Shown: positions 62,541-64,000 of the stretch, piece after piece
How the letters are laid out: every line of letters starts with the position of its first letter
Numbering within the stretch: the first letter of the stretch is position 1
NCBI GenBank assembly: GCA_000004985.1
Contig: GG738869.1
Reading direction: 5' to 3' (one strand)
DNA length: 64,000 bases
Source of the DNA: Naegleria gruberi
Lineage: Eukaryota
Program-made: the position numbers and the translations under genes
The notes under the pieces: generated by a model
Databases searched by the model: none
Told to the model about the DNA's origin: nothing
What the model saw: the letters and a program-made list of their open reading frames with translations, nothing else

Positions 62541-63451
62541 TGTTTTTTTTGATTGAATTGTTTCCCGCCAAGCACACCAGTAAATTTTTCAATTTTAAAA
62601 AAAAAACAAAAAACACAACTTCAGTCCGTTTATTGAGGACAAATAGAATTGAATGCGATCATTACCTCATAATGATGATTTAATGATGAAGAATTGGGAA
62701 AGAAATTGTGAGAAGGAAAATATTAAGGAAATAATGTAATTTGATTGGATAATTAATATTTTATGCAATTAATTTGGGATAATGGGCTCAAGCGGAAGGA
62801 GAAGAATGGAATTGGTTCTTTTCTTACTTGTTATTACTTTAATTTATAATCAATTAATTTTAATTATTTATTATATATTTTGTTTGGAGAGTTTGGCTAG
62901 TGTTTGGACTACAGTGAAGAATTTGCAAAATGATATTAGAAATTGAATACACTTTGTGAAATTATGTATCCTAATGTGATGTAATGGAATAAATGACTGA
63001 AATCGCTAAATATGAATTAAATAAGAAGAACTAGCTTCATGGTTTGATGGAATTGTCACCACTTTCCAATAATCTCTCTTGAAATTTATCCTAAACTCAG
63101 ATGCAAATAGAAACAAAGATTCCAAAACCAACAATCGGCGAATATTGTACTACTCTCTTAACACTATTGTATTAAATTACAATGGAGACATTACAATTTT
63201 TGGAACTAGGATTATTCCTTCTTCAGGATTCGCTTTCGTTCTTGCTTCCATTTTTACGATTCACTTTCCAATAAAAATTAAAGAGTTCGGGCCTGCTACC
63301 AAATTTCACCATTAATATCACAATTGTAAAGACATGTCAAATCGATTCCCCACATCTATTTCTCACTTTCCATCTTGGCAATTAATTAGGTGCCAAGAGT
63401 CAAGTTTTTTCGCGGCCAAACAGGTTTCGATAATAAACAATTATTAAAAAA

Positions 63452-63886
63452 ATGGGTCAAACAATAACTGCACCATTATGTTCTCTAACACTATTCCTCA
63501 TCCTTCTTTCTCATTGTTTCGTATTGTCATCAGAAATTGCCTCCTTTCAGTCAGTTTCGTTTCCAGTTCTCAATGCAAACATTTTCAAACCAGTTCAAGT
63601 TAAGAATTTCGTTTTCATTCCACCTTACGATTCTCCAAGCTTGGATTTCTGTGCACCATTCGATGAGAAACAAAATTCCTCAGTAAAATTACTTGTAAGC
63701 AAAGTTTCTCGATCCAAGTTTCCAACACAAAACATGATTGAACGAAACTGTTTCAGATATTTTTGCACTCTATCTAACGAAACATCATATGAGCATTATA
63801 ATGCAACTCAGAGAATGTCAAAGAATGAATTATATAGAAGTGAAGTATGTTTTTTAAGAAATAGTCTCATTTCTCACACAGTTTAG
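63452..63886 (+). CDS. Hypothetical small secreted/membrane protein (144 aa)
   Basis: N-terminal hydrophobic LCSLTLFLILLSHCFVLSS after MGQTIT, and several Cys. Confidence 0.3.
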   Translation: MGQTITAPLCSLTLFLILLSHCFVLSSEIASFQSVSFPVLNANIFKPVQVKNFVFIPPYDSPSLDFCAPFDEKQNSSVKLLVSKVSRSKFPTQNMIERNCFRYFCTLSNETSYEHYNATQRMSKNELYRSEVCFLRNSLISHTV

Positions 63887-64000
63887 TTTGCTTTCCTTTT
63901 TAATTATTGTTTCTTATGCAATAGTTCAGAGGCAAGAACCTTCAGAGAGGCCATTTCCACTACAGAAAGGCCTACGTGTAGAGAGTTTCCCTCCACACAT

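Noticed and set aside
1-64000. Search for prokaryotic-style operons, CRISPR arrays, transposases or integrases
   Set aside because: None were found. The window is eukaryotic, with spliceosomal introns, a tRNA with eukaryotic features and poly-A-rich intergenic DNA. Apparent bacterial-type genes (DapF, NlpC/P60) are embedded between intron-containing eukaryotic genes, so they are not contaminant contigs.

Overview
This 64-kb window is nuclear DNA from an AT-rich microbial eukaryote. Coding regions are roughly mid-30s % GC and intergenic DNA is lower. It uses standard stop codons and short spliceosomal introns of about 40-165 nt, with GTAAGT/GTAGGT/GTGAGT donors and YAG acceptors. Many coding regions carry poly-Q, poly-N, YQ-rich or acidic low-complexity tracts. 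Gene density is high: about 38 protein-coding genes on both strands, one canonical tRNA-Leu(CAA), and no transposons or rDNA. The EF-1alpha signature residues ([15 protein letters not shown]), a Zn2Cys6 factor, an RWP-RK factor, an HMG-box protein, many F-box-like/LRR proteins and a secreted bacterial-type cell-wall hydrolase fit a bacterivorous amoebozoan (dictyostelid-like) or an early-diverging fungus. I cannot resolve the lineage without database searches. Housekeeping genes that are clearly identified: Rab GDI (5'-partial), PRMT5, NDUFS7, JMJD7, EF-1alpha, an IU-nucleoside hydrolase, an SNF2 ATPase, Bro1/ALIX, an ArfGAP, an AlkB-family dioxygenase, a purple acid phosphatase and a PDI-type thioredoxin protein. 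The most interesting items are: (1) a secreted SH3b + NlpC/P60 peptidoglycan endopeptidase gene of bacterial type that carries two spliceosomal introns; (2) an intact diaminopimelate epimerase (DapF) homolog in eukaryotic context; (3) an F-box-like domain fused to a divergent Ran-like GTPase with substituted catalytic motifs; (4) a head-to-head paralog pair of 2-TM receptor-like proteins with an RGS-like cytoplasmic domain; (5) a 13-nt microexon in NDUFS7. Exon models were derived by hand from the sequence and conserved motifs and still need transcript evidence. Note that the supplied ORF track treats GTG/TTG as Met, so its start codons are not reliable.
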